This document shows, piece after piece, positions 24,801-36,400 of a stretch of DNA of 64,000 nt. Position 1 is the stretch's first letter. Each line of letters starts with the position of its first letter. A model generated the notes under the pieces. That model saw nothing but the letters and a program-made list of their open reading frames with translations. It searched no databases and was not told the origin of the DNA. The stretch is from Trichosphaerium sp. ATCC 40318 (lineage: Eukaryota; Protista; Tubulinea), in contig JALMLS010000411.1 of assembly GCA_038496445.1 (NCBI GenBank), positions 147,906-211,905 on the forward strand, given 5' to 3'. The translations under genes and the position numbers were made by a program.

Positions 24801-24986
24801 TGAACTCGTGAATCTCATTTTTGGCGTAAATTCAAGTCGTAGGGTTTAATCAGCAACTTTGCGAAAGGTGAGAATATGGAACACACTATGAATTTCTTAG
24901 GTAACTCAGAAAACTTGAAAAAATAAATCTAATAAAAACCATAGTTCAAACAACTAAACAACCAACACAACAACAACTAATACAAA

Positions 24987-25979
24987 ATGGCAAACTGGAT
25001 GGTAGCAGTAGACGAATCTGAGTACGTACAATAGAATTTTATTAGGAAAATAATAATAATAAACTGACACGTGACCTTTAGATTCGCCCAATGGGCATTC
25101 AACATTGTAAGTGGGAGAAAGGATTTAAAGTTTTAAACCACCTGTCTATTTTCTAAAGATGTTTAGGCTTTGAGTCTTATGGACGTTAAGAATGATACCT
25201 TATTCATCTACAGAGCAGCAGAGGATGTAGCTTCAGTGCACGGATATTCTTCTGTGGCATTGTCTTATCTTTCTGAATACAGAGACCAACAAGTACGCAT
25301 TTTTTAACATTTACTGAAGCTCTTGCTTACATTTTCACGCAGAAAGCGCTCTGTAAAAAGACTCTTCGCTTCTTTTACAAAAAAGCTAAAGCTGTAGGCG
25401 TTGTACCTCGCCTAGCTATGGGCTGGAGTAAGCACGTTGGAGAAGGTATCTGTCAAGTAAGTCGGCATAATGCTACAAAAAAATCGAAAATAATATTATC
25501 TTTTAGGCAGTTATAGAGAAAAAAATCCATCACTTGGTACTTGGAAGACGCGATATGAGCAGTTTCAAACGGTACACAAATCTAAAGAAAGGAAATTTTT
25601 GATCTAAGTATCCTATTAGCATGTTTGTTGGTTCCACAACAAAGTACTGCTTGGAGCACGCTGATTGCAACGTTATGATCGCTAAGAAGACCTTTGGTGC
25701 TATTGAAGAGCATGGATCATTAAACGAAGTAAAGACACAAGAAGAAAAAGAGAGAGCAAGAAGAGTACGAACCTTTTTTTTTCTTTTGTTTAGGATGTTG
25801 GTTGTTTATTGTTTTTGTAGATCAAAGAGGACGAAGAGCTCAAAACGGCCGAAGAAACTGAAAGAAAAGCTACCCTTGAAGCAGTCAAGAAGGCCGAAGA
25901 GGAAGAGAGAGCAAGACGTATGCGTGAGGAGAGTCTTGAGGATGGACAAGAAATTCGTGTCCAAATCTACACGTGGTAA
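24987..25979 (+). CDS. Universal stress protein A family protein with charged C-terminal repeats
   Basis: WMVAVDESE..AQWAF, LVLGRRD, MFVGSTTKYCLEHADCNVMIAK. Confidence 0.92.
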
Positions 25980-26316
25980 AAATTCAATTACACGCAATGT
26001 CTCATAGTCAAATAAAAAAAATTTCTTGCTAGCCTGTAGTCGCAACTTCATAGTTTTTACTCCAATAACTTTCGTTATATGTTTCCTCAGCCTGGCGTAG
26101 CCAAAAAACATAGATGATCGTGTTGTACGCTTTAATGGGATGAGCTGTAGTTCGCAAGATCCTCTTGTATTGTTTATATGTCCTCTTCGTTAAAAGAAAC
26201 AATGTGATAAAACCGCAACTATTCATTCACCTAAAATCACGTGCGTAGTTTCTCAGAGCCTTCATGCAAGAAGGAATATTTTGCAACTTTTAAGTAATTG
26301 CTTATTTACTTGTTCT

Positions 26317-27339
26317 TTATGACAACATTTTGATTTCTACTACATCGTATAACCATACATAGAATCTCCAGTCAGCTTTTCTCCTTAATCGCGTAGTAGC
26401 AGTTACATTAGATCCATCACTATCTTTGCAAGGTAAAACCAACTTTAAAGTCATTTGTGTCGAATCCAATTCCATTGATACAACATCGCCATCTCTAAGC
26501 TGGATTCTAGCGTCAATCTGTTCCTCTCCATCATAGAATACTAATCCGTGGCCCCAACCAAAGTCAGGTGTTGGTCTGATATAATCTTCTTCGGGATTTT
26601 TAGGACAATAGCTGATACCAAACATTAGAGGAAGTGCACTTGTTTGAGTTGTTGTCTTTATAATTTTAAACATCCACGTGTTTTTCTCAAATACATTAGC
26701 ACCAAGGCAAATAACACGTCTGTAAACTGAGGAAATACGAGTATTACATTCAGAAATCTTAGCTTGTCCGTGAACATGAACTGAAGAAAACCAATCATTA
26801 GTTGATGGAATGAGTCCAAGGAACTTTGTGAATGATCTGAACTCTTTGTCTTTAACACCTTGTTCAAATAATGCTTGGGCTGGAGACTCTTGATTGAGTG
26901 TAGCCAAGCGAAGGTACTTGAGAACAATAGCAAAGAATTGATGGTCATAATCGAGGAAGACATTGTCATCTTTGTCTCTCTTTAAGTTACCATCATGTCT
27001 GCCGCTGAACATACTGTAAAGCATAGAATCAACAACACAGCATAATGTTCGACGTGTTGTTGACATTATCTCTCCACCAACGTTTAATGTGAAAATGTCA
27101 TCTTGTTTTGTATGTGATGCTCTGAAAGTTGCTTTTTCAGCCTCCCATTGTTGTCTTTCTTCTTTTATTTCCTTTCTTTTTTTTTCGCAATAATCACGTG
27201 TTTCTGACTTGTATTTGTCTATTTGTAGCTTGTCGTGATTTAATTTGCGTCTTCTATCGTCCAGTTCCGCTGCCAAACTCTCGAGTATGTTACTATCATT
27301 GGCAGACGCATTTAACCGCTTTGAAGGCGGTTGGCTCAT
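26317..27339 (-). CDS. KCTD-type BTB/POZ protein with N-terminal coiled coil and C-terminal SPRY-like beta domain (intronless)
   Basis: TLNVGGEIMSTTRRTL, SMLYSMFSGR, VFLDYDHQFFAIVLKYLR; C-terminal GDVVSMELD. Confidence 0.9.
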   Translation of the reverse strand: MSQPPSKRLNASANDSNILESLAAELDDRRRKLNHDKLQIDKYKSETRDYCEKKRKEIKEERQQWEAEKATFRASHTKQDDIFTLNVGGEIMSTTRRTLCCVVDSMLYSMFSGRHDGNLKRDKDDNVFLDYDHQFFAIVLKYLRLATLNQESPAQALFEQGVKDKEFRSFTKFLGLIPSTNDWFSSVHVHGQAKISECNTRISSVYRRVICLGANVFEKNTWMFKIIKTTTQTSALPLMFGISYCPKNPEEDYIRPTPDFGWGHGLVFYDGEEQIDARIQLRDGDVVSMELDSTQMTLKLVLPCKDSDGSNVTATTRLRRKADWRFYVWLYDVVEIKMLS

Positions 27340-27598
27340 TCCTACGACAATTCAATAAGATTGCTTATACAATTAAGTCATCATTGAACAACAACCCGTG
27401 TCTGTGCTCCCAGACAATATATGCACTGCTTATTGCTTCGTACTTTAACCTTGTAACAGTGTCATAACCGAAATTAGTTTTTTTAGTAGTTGCTAGCAAA
27501 GTTCTAGCCTGATAGAATGCAGCTACATTTTCAGGTTTTAAAGCGCATTGTAAGGACTCAATTAATTGCAACTGCAATACAAATCTTTATTCATTTTG

Positions 27599-29053
27599 TC
27601 ACAAACCATGCGGCTTATGGGTGACAACAAACATAAGTAGGATACAGACAAAAGTGAAGAGAACCACGCAAACTACTTGTAAAGGAGTTGGTATTACTTT
27701 ATCATTCTTTTGTATCCGACAAACAATGTATCGAGTTCCATCCCAACAGTCTTGATGAGTAATCCACACCTTGCCATACAGAAAAGTTCGTTCTAAATGA
27801 TTTTCTTTAGTACATTCTTCAAAAGGAATAGCACGTGTGTATTCATCGCCTTTTCTAGGACATAATGAATAGTATTTTTGAAAAATCTTAAAGGCAACCT
27901 CCTTGTTACCTAATATGTTGTTCAGTCCTTGATGTCCAAAAAAAGTAATTGTCTGTACCTACTGACCTCTCTAAGACTTCATCATATCCGTCTTCATATC
28001 GTTTATATATTTGTACTGGAGGAACGTATACTGGTTTCTGAACAAAAGTTCTTGGTACCGAGGATGGAAAACCTGATTTAATAAGCCGTTTAAGTCTTTT
28101 TATATCTTTAGAGTTGTAACGTTTCATGATGTTATTAAAAGGGTCACCTATGTCTAAAACAAGTGGCCTGTATCGCGTTAACTTTGACGTTTCTATCTGA
28201 CATTGTTGTACCTTTGTTGTGCTGTGGTACTATCAATGAAGTGTTGGTAGTTCGGTTCTTTGTTTAAAATGAAAACGAGTTCATCAGGATTAGACAGTTC
28301 TCTAAGCACATGACGTGCTAGTTGCTTTAGGTTTGTATCATCGTATTTTATTGCAACTCCAATGGAAAGCAATTCAATGAGGTATGACTTTGGATAACCA
28401 ATAATACGTTTCGTCACCCGTTGTGTTTTAATTGTTCTGATAAACTTTCGTGCTACATGCATGTCTTTCAGTATCTCCCTAACAAACTGAATCCGTTTTA
28501 CTGATAGATGTGAAGAGTAGAAAGAGCGTCTTCTTTTCGATTTGTACTGAATTGCCTTCCAAACTTTAACCCAGTGGTAACCGCGATAGGCAATACCTGT
28601 TATTATTAAAACAAGAGCCTTTTTTCCGTAGTTATCACGTGCCCGGAAGCGCCGCAGTGGGTAATAAATCTATTCTAACGTTTTCCCCGTTGTACTTTCC
28701 TTCAAGTATTACAGAGTACGGTGTTACTGCCGTAACTTCAACACTAACCCCTGGAATACGTGATGATACGTTGTATATCTTCATAACGTGTTTATTTATT
28801 TCGTCCTCTGAGAGATTTTCAAAGGGAAATTGATGAAAGTACCTGGTAGGTGTTTAATAAAGAACAACCAAACCTGGTTTAGGTTCGTACAATACAAAAT
28901 CATAATCTGATGTGGGTATATCTGTTTTCTTGCCTCTTGAGCCCGCCTTTGGTGGATTTAATGACTACCAGACCTGTTGATTACTCTTACCTTGATTACA
29001 GTTGCTTTAAGCTCTTTCGCCAAGTAGAATACTACAGATTGTACCAACGACAT
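27599..29053 (-). CDS. 2'-5'-oligoadenylate synthetase-like (OAS/CD-NTase fold) nucleotidyltransferase with C-terminal TM helix
   Basis: Spliced model: KAGSRGKKTDIPTSDYDFVLY, RIDLLP, SFYSSHLS..IQFV, KFIRTIK, PKSYLIELL, RPLVLDIGDPFNN; tail LQVVCVVLFTFVCILLMFVV; AATAAA after the stop. Confidence 0.82.
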
Positions 29054-29639
29054 GTCTGCGTCTTAACACCTCGAGTTTAAAAATATCTTGCGAAGAAATA
29101 CTAAGCAAAACTTGTACACCAAAGGGTCAATCCATTGCATAGGCTTGCGATGAGCTAACATAGCTCTATCCACAAATTTGAACAATCTACCATTAATAAA
29201 CGGTGTTCCCTACATGATTTAGGAGGATAGTTTTGAGCCTCATCGAGCCAATATCAACACTAAAACAATAGGCAATGTGGTCAACAAATTTCACTTTGCA
29301 ACTTGCAATCTAAGAAAGTGTGATGAGCTCAAGTTCAGTGGTTTAATACCAGGCGAAATGACTGGCCCACGTGAATTTGCCAAAAACTTAGTCAACTCCG
29401 ATAAACATGTATTCTAAGAATAGCAAAGGATAACTGTGTAACACAGGACATGTGCTACCGCTAGAGAATTGCGTTTTTAGTGGAGTAGAGCACTCATAAG
29501 GTGTTTATGCATGACTAGGGCCTACAGCAGATAGGGTGTTTAAGAAATGTGCACAACACTTAGCCAATATGTTACTTAAGTGCAAAAATTCAAAACCAAC
29601 GAGTTTGTTGACACGTTGGAACAATTCTTGGCACTACTT

Positions 29640-31520
29640 ATGCAAACCTCACAAAAGCAAATTAAACTAGCCGGTGCGTAGCAGCAAGTGATATAACTTT
29701 CTCGTATTTTAGCGGCTAACTTTTATTCTTTAGCTCGCTCGGTATCACGTGGTCTGCTGACATTACCAAACGATATTCAACTTTACATTTGCTCGCTTGA
29801 TAAAGAAGTTTACATAAAATATCACCTACTGTCTGCTGCAGCTGCTAAAAACACTCACTTTACGAATGATTTTAGAAAAAAGGGTACCTGGAAGCAGTGG
29901 TATTCAACAGGAGAGTTAAAGGCCATGATTCAACTACCTGTTGGCGAGGCAAAACATTGGTATAAAAACGGACAACTTCAGGCGCATTACTACCATAAAT
30001 ACGGAAAGACAAATGGAAAGGCATTGCAGTGGTATGAGAACGGGCAGCTGCAGTATCAATCGTTCTATTTACAAGGCAAAACTCATGGTGAGAGAAAGAA
30101 GTGGCACTCGAATGGGCAGATTGCTGAACAATGCTTCTTTGAAAATGGAAAGGGGACAGGAAAGCATCAAGAGTGGCACGAAAACGGACAGGTAGCAGTA
30201 CAAGGAATGCTAAAAAACGACAAGTATGAAGGAATACTCCAAAAGTGGTATGAAAATGGTAATATGAAAGCATATACAAGCGTTAGAGATGGAATAAAAG
30301 AAGGTGAAGTGAAAGAGTGGTATGAAAATGGCAAACTAAAGATACACTACTTTCGTCAATGCAAAAAAGTGGCGAGGTTTAGGAAAGAATATTTTGAGAA
30401 TGGAAACCTTAAATCTTGTTTGTTCTTCGAAGATAGCACAGATGACTTGTATAACCAAGAAATGATCAAAGAAGGTAACATTAAAACTATCGATGGCAAA
30501 CAATGTCTAAAAGAAACGCACTACCACGAAAATGGAACAAGAAAATTAGAAAAATTCTGTTGCAATGGTAAGCCTTACGGCACTGCAAAACAGTGGAATG
30601 AAGATGGCCAAATTACAGCTTGTGTTGAGGTAAAGAATGGCATACTGTACGGTAAGAGTGTCATGTACAAAGGTGGGAATAAGATAAAAAGTGCTATGTT
30701 CAAGAACGGAAAGAAGAATGGTAAATACAAGGAGTGGCATGAAAATACTGAACTTTCGTTGCGTCTATGTTATATTGATGATGTGGTGGAAGGACTAGTG
30801 GAAGAATGGTATGAAAATGGACAAATGAAACAGATTTATACGATTCACAATGGCAAAAAAGAAGGAGAACGCAAATGCTGGTACAGTAATGGACAGTTGG
30901 AAACTCAACGATTTTGGAAACACGGCTTAGAACATGGAGAGAGTAGGCAATGGTATGAAAATGGTAAATTACAAGTACGGTGTGTAGCAAGGAATGGTAA
31001 AACGGCAGGAAAGTATGAAGAGTTCTACGACAATGGACAATTACACAAGCGCTTCTATGACTGGGATGATAAAGTACAAGGCGAAGTAAAACGTTGGCAC
31101 AGGAATGGACAGTTGTATTTACAGTTTTATGTAAAGGACAGTATTCTTCATGGAGAAGAAAAAGAATGGTATCCCAATGGACAAATGAAGCGATGTTTGA
31201 CTCATGTCAATGGAAAAGCTGAAGGTTTAGCTAGGATGTGGTATAAATGTGGTCAAATTCGTTGTGAGCACTCTTCAAAGAGAGGTAAGAAAGAAGGAGA
31301 GTACAAGGAATGGTACCAAAACGGGAATTTATGTACACAATGCTACTTTGTGAACTCGAAGTATGAAGGAGAGTACAAAGAATGGTATGAGAATGGGCAA
31401 ATGAAACTACAATGTATGACTAGAAATAACTTGGATAATGGTGAGTACAAAGAATGGGATCAAAATGGGAAACTAAAGCTACAATGTGTGAAGAAGAATG
31501 GCAAAAAAGTACTCCAATAA
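29640..31520 (+). CDS. F-box-like + MORN-variant (YwqK-like) repeat protein
   Basis: Exon 1 29640-29673, intron 29674-29733, then LLTLPNDIQLYICSL (F-box-like) in frame with many G..KEWYENGQL repeats (ORF 29925-31520). Confidence 0.88.
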
Positions 31521-32265
31521 ATAAATAATAAAGAAGCAATTCGTCGATAAATAAACTACCAATTTCTTATGTCAGGAGTGAACCACTACGCTATAAAACG
31601 TATACACTCTATTTAATGGCTATGATGCCGTAAAAATCAACAATTGTGTAGCTGTAGCAAAATTTGTTCTAAGAAAAAAGTTAATCATTCGCTTATTCAC
31701 TGATTGTAAACTGATTTCTTATTGACCACAACTGATATTGAGAGCATTAGTCATCATTACTAATACGCCAGTGGCGATACTATGCTTCCCAGTGCCTCAA
31801 AGCGTTTGTAAAATCGACAGTAACCCTAGCACGAGTTTGTTGCAGCTACCGACAGAGATGTACTAACCGATAAAGTGTCAAAGCGCTTGCAGGTGTTGAT
31901 TGCACACACCTTAATAGCACCGTGGTAACTGATGAAGGTAAGAAATCATTGTAACACTGCCCTACAAAGCTTGGTCAATATAGCACCCTCATAGCATAGT
32001 TATAATTTGCTCAATGTATGGTTTTATCTTATGTTGTCATGTATACACGAGGTATTGCAAGAAACTTAACTGCAGTTAAGGCAATGTTAGCACTGTTACA
32101 AAGCAGAGCTATACTCACCTATGTTATTACTTACGCACACCAACTCCACTTGCTTCAACAGAAGCGAATCAAGAAAGAAAGTATTGTATCAACCGATGAC
32201 ACGGCAACGAACATGATTATTCTTTCAAAGTCAAGCGCAATAAAGCCGTGATTACTTGTAACGTA

Positions 32266-33261
32266 ATGGCTGGTTGTTGTAGTACGTTTTTTGGGGCATT
32301 AGCGCTCGCGTTAGTTGGTAGTTATCTTTATTTCTTAAATATTTACCTAAACGATGTTCCTACGCCCGTAAACACTGATGACATCATCGCTGATGGTGGA
32401 AAATTCCTTAAACTTAAAAATGGCCACGTCCTCGAGTATTTCGAGTTTGGAGACCACGAATCAACTGATACGGTGCTATTCATACACGGATACGGCCAAA
32501 CAGGCCGATACATAAAAACACACTCAGAAACGTTCAAAAAAGCAAAACTTCGAGTCATCTCTCCGACTTATCCTGGTTCTGGCTTATCTGAGTTCTTTCC
32601 TTACGAATTCACAGAGTTCCCTAGTATAATGGCTGAACTAATGGATCATGTTGGTATAGAATCATTCTACTGTATGGGTATATCTAATGGAGGACCACAT
32701 GTTATATCTGTTTCTTCTATTCTTGGAAAACGTGTCAAGGATGTTGTTCTGGTTGTACCTCTCTCTGAGACTACAGAGGATAATGATCCTTTTGAGAATG
32801 TACCTGTAGCTTTGAAGGTGTTCATGAAGATACTTATGCTGCCAACATTAAGCGAGATGATGAATTATTATGCAACAGGACCTTCTATAAGAAAAGATCC
32901 ACATCATCATTTTTCTGTTATGCTTCCTGAAGAATGGACTGAGTTTCTACAAGTTTGTAGTAAAGAAGTTGTTGATAATTTCGCTTATGATCATTCAAGA
33001 GGTGTTAAGAGAACTGTTGAGAGTTTAGTACATTTGTTCAGGATCAATAATTTGCCTTGGCATTTAGATTATAAAAAAGTAAGTCAAGGAAGAAATGTCT
33101 ATATTTATTCAGGTATTCGAGACACTTTATGCCCTCCTTCTGGTCAAACATACTTGTCAAAGATTATACCAAATAGTCAACTTATTAGAAAGAATAGTAC
33201 TCACACTACAATAATGATGAGTCATCTTCCAGAAATGTTAGAAAAACTAACACAAAAATAA
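32266..33261 (+). CDS. Alpha/beta hydrolase with N-terminal membrane anchor (intronless)
   Basis: VLFIHG, YPGSGLS, nucleophile GISNG, D in SGIRDTLCP, late His. Confidence 0.92.
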   Translation: MAGCCSTFFGALALALVGSYLYFLNIYLNDVPTPVNTDDIIADGGKFLKLKNGHVLEYFEFGDHESTDTVLFIHGYGQTGRYIKTHSETFKKAKLRVISPTYPGSGLSEFFPYEFTEFPSIMAELMDHVGIESFYCMGISNGGPHVISVSSILGKRVKDVVLVVPLSETTEDNDPFENVPVALKVFMKILMLPTLSEMMNYYATGPSIRKDPHHHFSVMLPEEWTEFLQVCSKEVVDNFAYDHSRGVKRTVESLVHLFRINNLPWHLDYKKVSQGRNVYIYSGIRDTLCPPSGQTYLSKIIPNSQLIRKNSTHTTIMMSHLPEMLEKLTQK

Positions 33262-33445
33262 ATCGATCTATTGTTCCACCTACCTCTAAGCAACACTTAT
33301 TAACAACTTCTGTCGATTGTTAAAATTACATGCTTTTATCAATTGAAAGCCCCAACAAAATCATTTTGTATGACTTCCTCACCACTCATGTGACGAGTGC
33401 GAAGAAAAAGAGAATGTTTAATTTTTTATTTAACAAGTATTGAGT

Positions 33446-36400
33446 TTAACCACTGTGTAGATCAGCTGACATTAAAGGCATCTCCTTATATGTGCAGAAT
33501 GCTACTGTACCATTCTTACAACCAATACCTATACGTCCTCCCTTCACAGCAACACAAGTAGGCTCACGTGGAGAAACCGAAAACTCGCATATTTTTTCTC
33601 CTAAACGGAAAAAAATAAGAAAAAGAAAAGATCAGGTATCTGCATTCGTACCGTTTTCAATATGCCAAACTTGATATGCATCTTTCGATACAGTAATAGC
33701 TTTTGTTTCATCAGGGAATACAGCAATACTAGCAGTCAAGAAAGTTCTTTCACCGTAGAAAGTGAACAAGTACTCGCCAGTGTCTAAATCGCGAATATGA
33801 AATTCCCCTTTGCTAAAAAGGACAGTGAGCAACAAAGGGAGAAGAACAATAATAGGTTTTGTTGATTTTATAAGGCACAGTGAAACACGTACTGTAAGCA
33901 CATGGCTTTCTTTCCGCTAGGAAACAAGGCGATAGAATCACAAGGGAATTGTGTAATTTCTTCCATAGTTTGAAGATTATACAGAATGCAATTTCCATAC
34001 CATCCTGTACAAAACAATTAGTTTTAAATACACTCAGAGCGTCTTATGATAGTAAACAATACACCAAAAATAACCTACCAGAAGTAGAAACAAGTCTGCT
34101 CTTATCTTTGTTGACAGCAACTCTCTCAACGTTGATTCTTGGGTGGAATGTTTTGATGCACTTATTGTTAACAAGATCCCATATCTTGATTGTACGATCA
34201 CATGATGCTACGAGGAAATAAATCAGAAATAAATGTGTCTATAGGTTGTGTATTTCGTACCTGATACTCCTAGTTTACCATCCAGAGATACAGTAACACA
34301 AATGACTGCATTTTCGTGTTCTCTGAAAGTTTGCAAACATTTTCCTGTTTTTAGACTCCATATACGAACAGTCTTATCTTTACCGCCAGTGATGATTCTA
34401 TCACCTCTAGGGAACAAGCAAGAAACACTATGGCCCTTTTGAAAACGATGTAAGTTACTGCTACAAGTACTATTGTTCGAAAAAAAAAGAAAAACAAGCT
34501 TACTTCTAAGGTTGAAACGCTCTCGGGTTTGCGCGCATCCCATAGTTTCAAATCCTTTGGACCAGATGTAACAGCGTATTTACCACCGTAAAATAGCGAA
34601 ATGTCGGTGACTGGTCCCTGATAAAGATTGTAAGAGAACACTTTCATTCGAACTGTTTTTCCGTTACCTTAAGATGTTGCTTTTTAGGTTCCTTCCAACG
34701 ACCAAACTCCCATACGACCATAGGCGAAGCCTGTTCGTATATAGCTCTATTACCTATTACAGAGAAAGCTCCAGTTCTTGTTCGACTATAATGAAGTTAT
34801 TAGTTTCTAAAATTTACGATGTATTGGAAGAGCTTTTTTTTTTAAGTCTACCCTTTCCCAAATGCGTTTGGAGCATAAGGGTTAAGAACATTCTTGTTGT
34901 CGGGAACTGGTGTGAACCTAAAATCAAGAGAAGGTACAGGAGGCTGTTTTGTCTCTGTGTGACGTCTACTCTTATGACTGCTAGTAGAACCAGCAGCGAC
35001 TGTTTGGCTTCTCTTTGCTCTGCTATTTCTTCTAGCCTTCTTCATCATCGACGATGCTTTTTTCTTCAAAGCAGAGGCTTTAGATCTATCCCGTTTATGT
35101 TTCCTCTTTGGAGGCTTTGGTTGTCCCATAGGTGGACTATAAAGAAAGTGTGTTAAAAATAGAAACAATGAAATCAAATCACGTGATAAATTTCGAACAA
35201 GGTTTTTGATGTTTTTGATTGATTGACAAAAAAAACAACGTACGCTGGTATGTTCTTTACTAATTCTGTTCCTTGAGCCATTTGAGCTTCAATAGCATCC
35301 CATTCACTTTCCTCTTCCTCTTTCTGTTTTTTCCTCTTCTTATCTTCCTCCTCTACTTTCTCTTGAATGATCATTTGACTCTTTCTTCTGTTCAGATCAT
35401 TCTTTTTCAGCTTTTTAACCCTCTTGTTCTTTTTTGGATCTGGCTTGATTGTATCAAAAGGTGTATCTAAGTTTTCTGCTGGTTCAAGCAAAATAGCTTC
35501 ACTTTGTTTTCGAGGCATTTCAGGCGTATCAAAGAGGTAGACACCTTGAATTTCGTGATTCTGTGTTACCCTGACAGGATCTTCTTCAAGTAACTTCAAA
35601 GTCTCTTCCAATAAGTTCTGAGAAGCATAACCAAGAGCTCTCTTTTCGTGACTATCTTCACTCATCTCTTCTTCAATCTAAGGAAAGAAACATGTCAGAC
35701 ACACTAATATTAACTGATGTATGACGCACAGCTCGAAGTGTCTCTTCTAGAAGACCACCACTAGATTTAGACCTTGTTTCACTGCTTTGTTCGCTAACAT
35801 CTCCGCTTCCTGAAGTATCCGTTGGAGGATTATCATATTCGTCAGCTGCCGATATCTCTGCTAACAACCTCTTTTCGTCTCGTTTGAAAGAGCCTTCTTC
35901 TTGTTCAATTTGAATTTCTTTCATAACAACAACTGTATGTGCTCCAGCGAGAGCAGCTTCATGCACTTTCAACCTATCTTGGACCTCCTGAAGAGCTTTT
36001 TGAGCTGCTTCTCTTTCTTCTAAGGCCTTCTGATCGTTCTCAGCTGCTTCTTGTGCAATCAAGGCCGCAGCTTCTTCAGCGTCTTTCATAGCTCGTTTTT
36101 GAGCTTCCAACTCTTGTTCAAGACGTTGTCTCTCTTCCTCTGCGATTCTTTCAGCTTCAAGGCGCTCTTCTTCCTCTTTTCTTAACCGCTCTTCTTCTTC
36201 TCGTCGAAGTCTCTCCTCTTCCTCACGTTTAAGACGTTCTTCTTCCTCACGTCGTTTCCTCTCAGCTTCTTCTCGCTTTCTACGTTTCTCTTCTTTGCGA
36301 CGCCTTCGCTCTTCCTCCTCACGTTTTTGCTTCTCCTAAAAGAGTCCAGTTAAGAATCTTTGTTCTCAAGTTTCAGCGTGTTACTTACAATCATGAGTTG

